From contig JAVZCX010000002.1 of the NCBI GenBank assembly GCA_038874185.1, forward strand, positions 1 to 45,524: a stretch of DNA of 45,524 bases, given 5' to 3'. Both the position numbers and the translations under genes were made by a program. The notes beneath the pieces were generated by a model, which was not told where the DNA came from, did no database searches, and saw only the letters and a program-made list of their open reading frames with translations. Source of the stretch: Candidatus Micrarchaeia archaeon. Its GTDB lineage: Archaea; Micrarchaeota; Micrarchaeia; CABMEP01. Shown in pieces: positions 28,444 to 38,343 of this stretch; within the stretch, counting starts at the first letter, position 1, and the number at the start of each line of letters is the position of its first letter.

Positions 28444-30345
28444 TTATTTTAATCTTATTGAATCCAAATCCATTGGCGCCCTTGCTTCTATTCCTAGCGT
28501 TCTTGAGATTGTATTCGAGAAATCTTCGCACTTCTTCGGCTCTCCATGATCGATCAAAATTAAAGAAGGCTTTGGTTTCATTGTTTTTATGTAATTCATT
28601 AATTGCCTTCTGTCACTGTGGCCGCTGAATCCTTCTGCTGTTTCGACTCTTAATTTTACTTGGAATGTTTCCAGTCTTCCGTCTTCTCCTACAACTGCTA
28701 CTTCCTTGTCTCCTTTTTGAATCTTTCTTCCCAAAGAATAATTGGTGTTGAAACCTACGAATATGATTGCGTTCTTTGGATCTCCTGCTAATGCCTTGAA
28801 GTATTCTACAGAAGGTCCTCCAGTCATCATACCTGATGGAGCTAGAATCACGCAAGGCTCTCCTTCTATTATCTCCTGCCTGTTTCCTTTCACTACTTCA
28901 AATATTGGGGATTCAAACGGGCTCTTTCCACTCAATATCATCCTTTGCAGGCTGTCTTTAAGATATTCTGGATAAACTGTATGTATAGCTGAAGCTTCCA
29001 GAATCATGCCGTCTATATACACTTTAAAATTGGCTTTATCTGGATTTCTTCTTGCAAATTCTTCAAATACAAGCATAATATCTTGAGATCTTCCTACAGA
29101 GAATACAGGAATTAATACTTTGCCTCCTTTTGATATTGTTTCCGTCGCAATTCTTATCACTTTCTCCTCTGCTTGAGGCCTTGGGTGATGAAAATCGTCT
29201 TTTCCACCGTATGTGCTTTCTAAAATTAAGGTTTCCACCCTTGGAAACATGTTGACTGCTGGATTAAGGAGCTTGGTATGACTGAATTTCAAATCTCCAC
29301 TATAAACTAAATTGTGCAAACCGTCGCTTATATGCAGGTGCACTATTGAGCTTCCTAATATATGGCCTGAGTTATGCAATGTAAGCTTTATTTCTGGGCT
29401 GATGTCTGTCACTTCTCCGAAATCTCTTGTTATGCAATGCAGAAGCGCCTTTCTTACATCCTTTTCTTCATAAAGTGGAGTTAATCCTTGTTTCTTCATG
29501 ACTTTGATATAGTCGAATGTTAATAAGGCCATTAGGTCCCTACTTGGAGGTGTGCAGTACACCGGACCTTCATATCCCATTGCAAAAAAGTAAGGTATGA
29601 ATCCGCAATGATCTAAATGACTATGGGAGAGAACTAGTGCGTTTATCTCATCGAATGGTATGTTCAATGTAGACACGTAGGGATAGAAGTCTTTAGCTGT
29701 ATCTGTCGCCTCAAATTTCAATCCTGAATCTAATATTATCTTATCGTTTGATGTCTCTAAGAATATGCACGACCTTCCTACTTCTTTGAAGCCACCTAAA
29801 GCTGTTATTTTAATCCATGATGTTTTTTCTACATTTGAAAATATTCTTTTTCCTGTCTTCAAAAGGAATTTCTTCCTTGTTTCTGCTTCTTTTAGCATTG
29901 TTGATCTTATGCTTTTTACTACTTCTGAAGGAAGCGTTGGAGTTCTTAAAACCTTTGGAGCCCAACCTGTTGATTTTATTATATCTTTTAAAGTTGAACC
30001 TCCTTTACCTATGACAAGACCTGGTTTGTATGCTTCAATCCATACTTCATGGAACTCTGGTGAAAAGCGTATTTCATTCACCCCTGCCTCTGGTTGTATC
30101 AATTTTGTAATTGCATCTTTCGCTTCTTCTGGCTTCATTAAAAGAGAAGGTGATGCTCTGATTATTACTTTTTTCTTTAGAGCGTTCGCTATATCTTTAA
30201 CTGGGTTGTCAAAAGCATAGAACTTTTCTATATTATCTATATATAGAATTATATCTGGTCCTTCTGCTTCTATTTTTGATATCGAACAACCAGTCGGAAT
30301 GAATTGCTCTATTTTTTTTGATATATCTGAAAGTAAGTTCTGCAT
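28444..30345 (-). CDS. aCPSF1: KH-domain beta-CASP metallo-beta-lactamase ribonuclease
   Basis: 633 aa with N-terminal KH domains (VIGKGGSTLKDI), HSHLDHCG, and beta-CASP motifs up to FSGHSDRRQL. Confidence 0.92.
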   Translation of the reverse strand: MQNLLSDISKKIEQFIPTGCSISKIEAEGPDIILYIDNIEKFYAFDNPVKDIANALKKKVIIRASPSLLMKPEEAKDAITKLIQPEAGVNEIRFSPEFHEVWIEAYKPGLVIGKGGSTLKDIIKSTGWAPKVLRTPTLPSEVVKSIRSTMLKEAETRKKFLLKTGKRIFSNVEKTSWIKITALGGFKEVGRSCIFLETSNDKIILDSGLKFEATDTAKDFYPYVSTLNIPFDEINALVLSHSHLDHCGFIPYFFAMGYEGPVYCTPPSRDLMALLTFDYIKVMKKQGLTPLYEEKDVRKALLHCITRDFGEVTDISPEIKLTLHNSGHILGSSIVHLHISDGLHNLVYSGDLKFSHTKLLNPAVNMFPRVETLILESTYGGKDDFHHPRPQAEEKVIRIATETISKGGKVLIPVFSVGRSQDIMLVFEEFARRNPDKANFKVYIDGMILEASAIHTVYPEYLKDSLQRMILSGKSPFESPIFEVVKGNRQEIIEGEPCVILAPSGMMTGGPSVEYFKALAGDPKNAIIFVGFNTNYSLGRKIQKGDKEVAVVGEDGRLETFQVKLRVETAEGFSGHSDRRQLMNYIKTMKPKPSLILIDHGEPKKCEDFSNTISRTLGIEARAPMDLDSIRLK

Positions 30346-30386
30346 CTTTCACACTTTAAAAAGTTTAGATAATAGAATAAAATATA

Positions 30387-31040
30387 TTATTGTTTCTTCT
30401 TTTTCTCCCTTGATTTCTCTAATATTTTTTCTACTTCTTCAGGCTTGTATTTTCTTATTCCTTCCTTAGTTATTGCTACAATATCTATGCCGCCCCCAGA
30501 AGCAGTGTCTCTTTTCTTGGCTGCATTTATCGCTCTTGCTACTATTGGTATTGCTTCATTTATTGTTGTCTTTTCATAAATGTCATCCAATACTGCCTGT
30601 GCTGAAAACCATCCGCTTCCACCGTATGCTGTATGGTCTTTTACTGGCGTTATTGATCCGGAAGGGTCAAGCGTATATAATTTTGGTGTTCCGTCTTTGT
30701 CAACACCACCTATTATTATTGCCACGTAGAACGGCATGAACTTGTATTGGTATAAGAGATTTTGTAGAAATGACACTGCTGCATCTACAGATATCGGCCT
30801 TCCTTCCCTTATCCTGAAAAGCCTGAATTCAACAGATAGAATCCTATCCAATGCCTCAAGATCTCCTGCCAGTCCGGCTGCAGCAAATGCAATATGTTTT
30901 TCCGGTGTTCTTACCTTTTCTATGTCTTCAGATATTACAACCATTCCACCAGCTGTAACTCTTTTTTCTGCTGCAATTATTATCCCATCAGTGCATACCA
31001 AACCTACTGTGGTTGTGCCTGTTTTGATATTAGTGTCCAA
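30387..31040 (-). CDS. psmB: Proteasome subunit beta
   Basis: A short propeptide is followed by the active-site Thr: MDTNIKTG|TTTVGLVCTDGIIIAAEKR. Confidence 0.92.
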   Translation of the reverse strand: MDTNIKTGTTTVGLVCTDGIIIAAEKRVTAGGMVVISEDIEKVRTPEKHIAFAAAGLAGDLEALDRILSVEFRLFRIREGRPISVDAAVSFLQNLLYQYKFMPFYVAIIIGGVDKDGTPKLYTLDPSGSITPVKDHTAYGGSGWFSAQAVLDDIYEKTTINEAIPIVARAINAAKKRDTASGGGIDIVAITKEGIRKYKPEEVEKILEKSREKKKKQ

Positions 31041-31146
31041 TTGATCACCAAAAGATAGTCTAAAATTAAAAAATCTAGTCGCCTTAATTAAATTAGCTTA
31101 TAATAATATAAACAGTAGTATATATAAATTTAACGTTGAGAAAGAA

Positions 31147-31488
31147 TTGAAAAGAAAAAGTGAGAAGATGAAAAAAATAATGTTGAGGCGATATAAAATT
31201 TTGAAGACTAACGCGGAAAAAACCAAAGGGTTAATGTTTTTAGACAAGGTTGAAGAAAGATTAGTTTTTATATTCAAAAATGACATTGATTCTCCTTTCC
31301 ACTCTTTCTTTTGTCCTGAATTTGATATTATTTTCTTAAATGAAAAAATGAGGGTTAATGAATATCAGGAAGTAAGAACTTGGAGATTTATTAAACCGAA
31401 AAAGAAGTATAAATATGTTTTAGAGGCAGAGCCGGGTTTTATAAGAAAAAATAAGATAAATATTGGGGACTTGGTAATTCTTGATTAA
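31147..31488 (+). CDS. DUF192 family protein
   Basis: TKGLMFLD followed by F..NEKMRV and LEAEPGF matches the DUF192 pattern. The start may be the downstream MKKIM. Confidence 0.6.
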   Translation: MKRKSEKMKKIMLRRYKILKTNAEKTKGLMFLDKVEERLVFIFKNDIDSPFHSFFCPEFDIIFLNEKMRVNEYQEVRTWRFIKPKKKYKYVLEAEPGFIRKNKINIGDLVILD

Positions 31489-32696
31489 CGTTTTCCTTCT
31501 TTTCCTGCGGTTATTCTTAAAGTTCCCCCAACCTCTTTAATTGTAACATCTACATTTTTAGAATTCTCGAAGCAAGTGCGGATCTGATCTAATGAATAGT
31601 TCCTGATTGCAGCGATGTTTGCTTGTATCGCCTCTTCAGAGTTGTCTTTTATTATGTTCTCTTCGAATTGCTTTCTAAATGCATCTATATTTATTTCATA
31701 GTAAGCCAACCTGATCGGATGTTCCTCTTCCAGCTTTCTTCCACTTTCTAACTTCTGGTATAGGGATTTTGATAATTGTTTTTGTTTTATAAATTGATTT
31801 ACCCTTCTGAATTCTGCTTCCAGTTCTGAAAGTAGGTTGTATATTGAGTCGCTTTCAGAAACGAATATGAATGAAGAATCACCTAAATAAGACAAAAATA
31901 TTTTTTCATTGAAATCGCTTATCTTATCCTGCGCCATTTGAGAAATTAACCTTATCAGCTTCATCTTTCCTTTTTCTCCATGAAGTTCTTCGTATTGATC
32001 TATTCCTTCGATTTCTAATTTTATGAATTTGCTGTTCTCTTCTTTGAGATACATTTTGATGTTCTTAACTAAACGTTCTACATCAGGCAAATCAACCAAT
32101 GGATCAAAGAGTTCTCCGCTTTTGTTTAGGAATATGTTGACTAAAGCGCGAAGTTCCATTGGGTCGAATGGTTTCTTGATATAGTAGTCTGCGCCGTATT
32201 GAATACCGAAGAAGCGATTTACTGTCGCATCCGCAGCTGAGACTATCACAATTATAATGTTTTTTGTTTCTGGATTGGATTTTATTTTTTTGCATATCTC
32301 CAATCCATCAGTACCTGGAAGCATTAAATCAAGTATAAGTAGATCGGGTTTGAATATGTTTATTTCTGTTAATCCTTCGTTACCGTCATAAGCTGATTTT
32401 ATTTCATATTTTTCTCCTTCTAATGTAAGGCGAATTAAGTTGTTTATGTCTTTGTCATCTTCAATAATTAAGATTTTTTTTGGTTTCTGTGACTCGAGCA
32501 CGTACCAGAAGTCAAATTGCCCTATGTTCCTTGCTTCTAGTTTTTCTTTTGCTTTTAATCTTACTAATGCGCCTTTTACTTCTTCTGGTGTTACATTTGA
32601 AAATTCTTTAATAATTTCGTTTGTTTCCATAGCTTTGTCTCTAGCTCTAAGAAATGAAAGTATATCTTGTTCCAACCTCAAATCGTCTATCTCCAT
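31485..32696 (-). CDS. Response regulator: N-terminal wHTH-like, REC, and C-terminal degenerate GGDEF-like domains
   Basis: REC: ILIIEDD, LLILDLMLPGTDG, YIKKPF. C-terminal: DPLVDLPDVE, FIKLEIEGIDQYEELHGEKGKMKLIRLIS and SYLGDSSFIFV align by eye to the GGDEF-domain pattern (LDIDHFKxxND..GH..GD..L, RYGGDEF). Confidence 0.75.
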   Translation of the reverse strand: MEIDDLRLEQDILSFLRARDKAMETNEIIKEFSNVTPEEVKGALVRLKAKEKLEARNIGQFDFWYVLESQKPKKILIIEDDKDINNLIRLTLEGEKYEIKSAYDGNEGLTEINIFKPDLLILDLMLPGTDGLEICKKIKSNPETKNIIIVIVSAADATVNRFFGIQYGADYYIKKPFDPMELRALVNIFLNKSGELFDPLVDLPDVERLVKNIKMYLKEENSKFIKLEIEGIDQYEELHGEKGKMKLIRLISQMAQDKISDFNEKIFLSYLGDSSFIFVSESDSIYNLLSELEAEFRRVNQFIKQKQLSKSLYQKLESGRKLEEEHPIRLAYYEINIDAFRKQFEENIIKDNSEEAIQANIAAIRNYSLDQIRTCFENSKNVDVTIKEVGGTLRITAGKEGKR

Positions 32697-32754
32697 GTTA
32701 TCTAATATATATCTTAGTATAAAAGAATTAAAAACTTATTATTAAAATTATATT

Positions 32755-34680
32755 ATGGCAGATGAAATTGAACGTAAAGAGGTACAAACAAAAATATTTG
32801 AAATAGCTAATGATAATAACGAAACTATTCAACAAAAAAGCGAATCTAACCTCCAGAATAAGAAAAATGCCAAGAATCTCCATCTTTTCAATGATTCATT
32901 TTATTTATTATTTAAAAATCTAGATTGCCCGGCAGTCATTGTTGATGAAAAGAAAAATGTATTGTTTATAAATGATAGATTTACAGATGTTACAAAAATT
33001 CAATTTGATGAGATAAGCGGAAAAAGGTTAACTAGTTTGATTAAAAATAATTTCTTGGTCTTGAAAAATGAAAAGATTGAAGTGGAAACCAAAGAATTGA
33101 ATTTAGGTCTTACAACGCTTGTTTTAATTAAAGATATATCTAAAGAAAAAGAGATTGAAAATTTAGAGAGAAAACTTAAGATATTGGAGAATATAGACGA
33201 AATTGTAATAGAAATCAAAAGGAATGGTAAGATTGTTTCTTTTAATTCACAGGCTAAGTTAGTAATGCCTAATATAAGTGAAAATAGTAATATTAAAGAC
33301 TTTATAAAAATAAATAAATTTACTAATAAGATTAATGATTTATCAAATGAAAAGAATGTTGTTGAAAGTGAAGGTTTTTTAGTTGGTGAAAATTCAATTC
33401 CTTTTTTTGTCAAGATATTCCAATCTGATCAAAATTTGATTGTTGTTTTGAAGAATAAAAGCGAGCATGTAAAATTAAATGAAGAAATACGTGTTGTAAG
33501 GGAGCAGTATGAACAGTTAGTAAACAACACCACAGATATAATATGTATTATAGATAAAACTGGAAAGTTTAAATTTGTAAATAAACAGTTTGAAAAACAA
33601 TTAGGTTACAAAGAACCATATCCATCTATATTTGAAATAATACATCCAGAGGATATGCCTGAATTTGTCAGAACTATAACTGAATCTGAAAAACAAAAGA
33701 AAGGATTCCAAGACAAGGAATTTAGAATATATAATAATAAAAAGAAAATGTTCTACTTTTCAGTTAGTGCGTTGCCTTTAGTCCATGAAAAATTATTTGT
33801 TGAATATAGCATGACTCTACGAAATATTACTGAAAAGAAAAAGAGCGAGGATGAAACCATAAAAGAAAGAGAGAGATTGAAGGAAGATTATAAGCGTCTT
33901 TCTGAAATTAATAAAATGAAAACTGAATTCGTAAGCATGGTTTCGCATGACCTTAAAACACCACTTACAAACATACAAGGTTATGCTTCGTTGCTTAGAA
34001 ATAAAATATTAGGGCCGAATACACCTAAACAACAAGAAGCTGCCGAAATAATAGACAAAGAATCCAAGCGTCTTGCTAAACTTATAAATGATTTACTAGA
34101 TCTTTCGAAATTAGATGCGGGTGCTATTACATTATATAAGAAACCGTTTAAATTAAAGGATTTAGAAGATAAATGCTCTTTAAGGAATCTTGCAGAAAGG
34201 AAAGGTTTGACTTTGATATGGAATACACCTGACAGTTTAGGTGAAGTTTACGGTGATCCTGAAAGGATAGCGCAAGTGTTGACAAATCTCGTCAATAATG
34301 CAATTAAATTCACAGATAAAGGATCTGTAACAATAAATGCATTCGAAAAAGACAAAAAATGGATTCAAGTAGATGTTATTGATACTGGACCTGGCATACC
34401 TAAAAAAGAGCAGCAGGCTATATTTGAAAGATTTCAAAGAAGCAGTGTTTCGAAATTGTATAAAAAAGAGGGAAGTGGTTTGGGTCTTGCAATTGCTAAA
34501 GAAATAATGAAATTACATGATAGTGATATTTTTGTTAATTCAGAGGTAGGTAAAGGGAGTATTTTTAGTATTCTTTTACCGAAAGCAAAAAATAAAACAG
34601 AAAATGAAAATGTAAATGATTATATTGAAAAATTATCTATAAACACAGAAGACGTTAAGAAAGAGAATGAAAATAAATAA
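32755..34680 (+). CDS. Cytoplasmic PAS-domain sensor histidine kinase
   Basis: H box FVSMVSHDLKTPLTNIQGY, N box LTNLVNNAIKFT, G1 DTGPGIP, G2 GSGLGLAIAKE. PAS-like repeats lie upstream, and no TM segment is obvious. Confidence 0.88.
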   Translation: MADEIERKEVQTKIFEIANDNNETIQQKSESNLQNKKNAKNLHLFNDSFYLLFKNLDCPAVIVDEKKNVLFINDRFTDVTKIQFDEISGKRLTSLIKNNFLVLKNEKIEVETKELNLGLTTLVLIKDISKEKEIENLERKLKILENIDEIVIEIKRNGKIVSFNSQAKLVMPNISENSNIKDFIKINKFTNKINDLSNEKNVVESEGFLVGENSIPFFVKIFQSDQNLIVVLKNKSEHVKLNEEIRVVREQYEQLVNNTTDIICIIDKTGKFKFVNKQFEKQLGYKEPYPSIFEIIHPEDMPEFVRTITESEKQKKGFQDKEFRIYNNKKKMFYFSVSALPLVHEKLFVEYSMTLRNITEKKKSEDETIKERERLKEDYKRLSEINKMKTEFVSMVSHDLKTPLTNIQGYASLLRNKILGPNTPKQQEAAEIIDKESKRLAKLINDLLDLSKLDAGAITLYKKPFKLKDLEDKCSLRNLAERKGLTLIWNTPDSLGEVYGDPERIAQVLTNLVNNAIKFTDKGSVTINAFEKDKKWIQVDVIDTGPGIPKKEQQAIFERFQRSSVSKLYKKEGSGLGLAIAKEIMKLHDSDIFVNSEVGKGSIFSILLPKAKNKTENENVNDYIEKLSINTEDVKKENENK

Positions 34681-35247
34681 TAATCTAGATTAATAAAAAT
34701 AAGAATTTCGATCTTATATCCTTAATTAAATCTGATTTTTAAGTAATTCTTTATTTTCCCTCCTAATTTAATTCAACATTCATTATATAAGGGGGAGGGG
34801 TTAATTCCACTAATATAGATAAATATATAAGTTTTTGTAACTATAATTACAATATGTATATTTTATATATTTTTAGATTTAAAAAACTAGATAAAAAAAC
34901 ATTAAATTGTATAAAAAGACGTTTTTATTATAATTATAAAAAAATAAAAAATAATTTTGTCATTAATATATTTAAAAAAGAACAAATATTTCTGATAAAA
35001 AAACAAAATGAAGTGTTAATAGATGAATTTCTAAAAGAATATATCAATTGGATAGAATATTATAAAATAAATACAAATAATATAGAATTAATCTCGAACA
35101 AAGAAAAATAAAAAATAAATAATACTAGAACAAACCCCCCTCAGTATTCTTTTAATTAAGATATATTTATAATTAAATACCTTCATTATTTTTACTATAT
35201 ATTTAAAATTATATGATAAAAGATTAATCGAATATATTTGTGATAAA

Positions 35248-37278
35248 ATGAAAATATTAATAATAGCAGAAAAACCTTCTGTAGCTCAAAAAATAGCATA
35301 TGCAATAAAAAAAGATTTTCAATCATTAACTAAAAAATATTATAAACGAGTACAATATTTCGAATTAAAAAACGAAAATATAACGACATATATAGTACCA
35401 GCTGTAGGTCACTTATTCACATTAAAAGAAAAACAAAACAAAACACCTGTCTTTGATCTAGAATGGATACCTTCATATCAAATAAACAAAACTACTTACT
35501 ATACTAAAGATTATTTAGAAAATATACAAAATCTAATAAAAAATGCAGATTTAATTATAAATGCTACAGATTTTGATATAGAAGGGAGTTTGATAGGTTA
35601 TAATATTATCAAACATTATGGAGACATTAAAAAAGCGAAAAGAATGAAGTTCTCTACAGTAACCCCTCAAGAACTTTACAATTCTTATAAAAATCTAATA
35701 GATTTTGACATTTATAATGCATATGCTGGTGAAGCAAGACATACTATAGATTGGTTTTATGGAATTAATTTAAGCAGATCTATAATGAATGCAATAAAAA
35801 AAGCTGGAAGATACAAATCTCTTTCTATAGGTAGAGTTCAAGGTCCAATGCTTCATTTTTTAGTTCAAAGAGAAAACGAAATAGAAAATTTCAAACCAGA
35901 ACCATATTGGGTCTTGTCTGCAATAGCTAAAGAAATTGAATTCTCACATGAAAAGAACCCATTCAGATCCAAAGACGAAGCAGAAAAATCAAAAGAAAGA
36001 ACAAAAAAGAACGGAACAATCAAAATAGAAGAAACTATAAAGAAAAGCTATCCACTTCCACCATTTGATTTCACTTCTTTGCAAACAGAAGCCTACAGAA
36101 TATTTGGTTTCATTCCAGTCAAAACACAAGAGCTATCACAATCATTATATGAAAAAGGAATGATAAGCTATCCAAGATCCGCTTCTCAAAAATTACCACC
36201 ACAAATAAATGTAAAGCAGATAATATATCAACTTTCATCCAATCCAACTTTTTCAGAATTGACCAACAAGCTAATCAAAGAAAACAAATTCAAACCACGA
36301 GAAGGTAAAAAAGAAGACGTTCATCCAGCCATTCATCCAACCGGCCAAAGAGAAAAGATAAGCGCAGATGAAGAAAAGATATACAATCTAATCGTGCACA
36401 GGTTCCTTGCTTCATTCGCAGATCCTGCGGAAATTAAGGAGAGTCAAATAACATTAAACGCAGAAGAAATATACAGAACCAAGCTTACAGAAATAACAAA
36501 AAGAGGATGGTATGAATTCTACCCATATGTGAATGAGAAGGAAGAGAAAAACCCATTCAAAAACAACGAAGAAGTTAATATAACAAAAACCAACATTAAA
36601 GAAAAAGAAACAACACCACCTCAAAGATATACACCCGCTTCAATTTTACAACTTATGGAAAAAGAGAATATTGGAACGAAAACAACAAGAGCAATAGTTT
36701 TGGACACACTTTATAAAAGAGGATATGTGGCTGGAAAACAACTTACTGTTACCCCTTTAGGTAAAATAATATACAAGACATTTCAGAAATACTCGCCAAA
36801 GATCTTAGACCCTAATCTAACAAGACAGCTAGAAGAAGAAATGGAAAAGATACAGAATAAAGAAATCCAAAAAGAAAAAGTAATCGAAGATGCAAAAGAA
36901 ATAGTTTCCACCATCGTTCATGAACTAATGAACAATGAACGTGAAATAGGATCTGAATTAAAAACAAAGCTAGAAGAATCTGAAAGATTTGCACCCTGCA
37001 AATGTGGAGGTTATCTTAAGGTCATTAATTACAAAGGTAAAAAGTTTCTTGGGTGCAGCAATTATCCAAATTGTAAAGTTACTTTTTCCTTGCCTCCAAC
37101 CTATCTTTTTAATTACGCAAGTCAGTGCCAAATCTGCGGGTCACCTAAAATATGGATAATAAAAGGAAAGCAAAAATATCAAAAATGCTTAAATCAAAAT
37201 TGTGAATCAAACACTAAACCAGAAGTAAAAAAAGGATCAAAAACGAAGAAAGAGCAGAAAAAATCAATTAAAAAATAA
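35248..37278 (+). CDS. topA: Type IA DNA topoisomerase (Topo I/III-like) with C-terminal zinc ribbons
   Basis: TOPRIM KILIIAEKPS and TDFDIEGS. The active-site region is ISYPRSASQ (Tyr). C-terminal CxxC pairs are CKCGG...CSNYPNC and CQICG...CLNQNC. Confidence 0.88.
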   Translation: MKILIIAEKPSVAQKIAYAIKKDFQSLTKKYYKRVQYFELKNENITTYIVPAVGHLFTLKEKQNKTPVFDLEWIPSYQINKTTYYTKDYLENIQNLIKNADLIINATDFDIEGSLIGYNIIKHYGDIKKAKRMKFSTVTPQELYNSYKNLIDFDIYNAYAGEARHTIDWFYGINLSRSIMNAIKKAGRYKSLSIGRVQGPMLHFLVQRENEIENFKPEPYWVLSAIAKEIEFSHEKNPFRSKDEAEKSKERTKKNGTIKIEETIKKSYPLPPFDFTSLQTEAYRIFGFIPVKTQELSQSLYEKGMISYPRSASQKLPPQINVKQIIYQLSSNPTFSELTNKLIKENKFKPREGKKEDVHPAIHPTGQREKISADEEKIYNLIVHRFLASFADPAEIKESQITLNAEEIYRTKLTEITKRGWYEFYPYVNEKEEKNPFKNNEEVNITKTNIKEKETTPPQRYTPASILQLMEKENIGTKTTRAIVLDTLYKRGYVAGKQLTVTPLGKIIYKTFQKYSPKILDPNLTRQLEEEMEKIQNKEIQKEKVIEDAKEIVSTIVHELMNNEREIGSELKTKLEESERFAPCKCGGYLKVINYKGKKFLGCSNYPNCKVTFSLPPTYLFNYASQCQICGSPKIWIIKGKQKYQKCLNQNCESNTKPEVKKGSKTKKEQKKSIKK

Positions 37279-37285
37279 ACAAAAA

Positions 37286-37696
37286 TCAAACAACACGTAT
37301 GTTCAATTCTTTTTTAACACCATTTAAAATATAAGAATATGTTCTATAATGAACATACACGTTTATTTTTACAGGTATGTTTCCAGGGTTAGTCATGATA
37401 TTAGACCAAACAGGAATGATTACTGTGTATTCATCACCTTTATTCAAGTATCCAACACGGATTTCCTTTGTCTTATGTATTCCAGTCTGATCCATTGCAA
37501 GCCCATTTCCAACTTCTACTACCACTGAACTTAATACAGTTTCATCAGTTATGTTTTTTATCCTGATCTCTAAGTCACATCTGTCTATTTTGTGTGCTGA
37601 AAGACGGATAGGGTTTATGCTAGTTTTTACTTCATACGGAACTTTTTTAGCAACGCTACTCACATCTTTTTTGCCAAACAAATCCAGTATTCCCAT
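37286..37696 (-). CDS. Hypothetical protein (predicted beta-rich)
   Basis: 136-aa ORF with good coding appearance and no motif that I recognise. Confidence 0.4.
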   Translation of the reverse strand: MGILDLFGKKDVSSVAKKVPYEVKTSINPIRLSAHKIDRCDLEIRIKNITDETVLSSVVVEVGNGLAMDQTGIHKTKEIRVGYLNKGDEYTVIIPVWSNIMTNPGNIPVKINVYVHYRTYSYILNGVKKELNIRVV

Positions 37697-37848
37697 ATTA
37701 TCACACTACAATTATCAGTTTACTTGTATGTTATTAATATGTGCAATCATATTTATTAAAGTATTGTATTTATATTATTTTCTCATACATCGAATGCAAT
37801 CGAATAGATTTTTAAATATTATAGATAATACTTGATTATAAATACGAG

Positions 37849-38073
37849 GTGTTTTTAATGGGAAAGAAAATAGGATCTGAAAAGATTAAGAGAGAAGACG
37901 GATATCTGTACTACATTGGTAAGGACGGATATGTCTGGAAAGCGCCAATGAAGGCAAACAAGAAAGGAAAGAAAGGAAAAGTAGGAACAGAAAAAATAGC
38001 AAAGAAACCAGGCTTCATGTACTACGTCGGAAAAGACGGATTCGTATACGAAGCAAAGATGAAGAACGCGTAA
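37849..38073 (+). CDS. Small Lys-rich protein with two tandem about 19-aa repeats
   Basis: DGYLYYIGKDGYVWKAPMK and PGFMYYVGKDGFVYEAKMK are separated by a KKGKKGK linker. The start could be the downstream MGKK. Confidence 0.5.
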   Translation: MFLMGKKIGSEKIKREDGYLYYIGKDGYVWKAPMKANKKGKKGKVGTEKIAKKPGFMYYVGKDGFVYEAKMKNA

Positions 38074-38084
38074 ATGTATTAATT

Positions 38085-38133
38085 GTTTTTTATTTCTTTT
38101 TATTCTTATTTTTATTTCTTTTTACTTCTTTTT
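38085..38133 (+). terminator. Oligo-T-rich tract downstream of the small repeat-protein gene (putative archaeal terminator)
   Basis: Successive T5-T6 runs (ttgttttttatttctttttattcttatttttatttctttttacttcttttt) directly follow the stop codon. Confidence 0.35.
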
Positions 38134-38201
38134 CCAAATTATTTATTATTACAGTTAAAACCAATTAAAATCAAATCTGATTTAAAATTTAAAATAAAGG
38201 A

Positions 38202-38274
38202 TGGGGTCGCTGAGATTTGAACTCAGATCAACAGCTCCCAAAGCTGTCAGCATACCAGGTTAGCCCACGACCCC
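38202..38274 (-). tRNA. tRNA-Pro(UGG), no intron
   Basis: Reverse complement: GGGGTCG-TG-GGCT...TGCT-G-ACAGC-TTTGGGA-GCTGT-TGAT-CTGAG-TTCAAAT-CTCAG-CGACCCC-A. The D stem has 3 bp plus a U-U. Confidence 0.88.
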
Positions 38275-38343
38275 ATATGGCAACAGAAGAACAATATTAA
38301 TATATATAGGTAGATTACTTTTTTAAACTATTATGAAACATAT

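Noticed and set aside
34854-35111. 85-aa ORF (MYILYIFRFKKLDKK...) in the long AT-rich gap
   Set aside because: Its composition is almost only Lys/Asn/Ile/Tyr/Phe, as expected from translating AT-rich non-coding DNA. It has no recognisable motif, so it is treated as non-coding.
38074-38200. Repetitive T-rich blocks (tatttcttttt-like units) that superficially resemble short tandem repeats
   Set aside because: The units are irregular and the sequence is low-complexity, with no spacer/repeat periodicity. It is consistent with bidirectional oligo-T terminators between a CDS and tRNA-Pro, not a CRISPR array or satellite.
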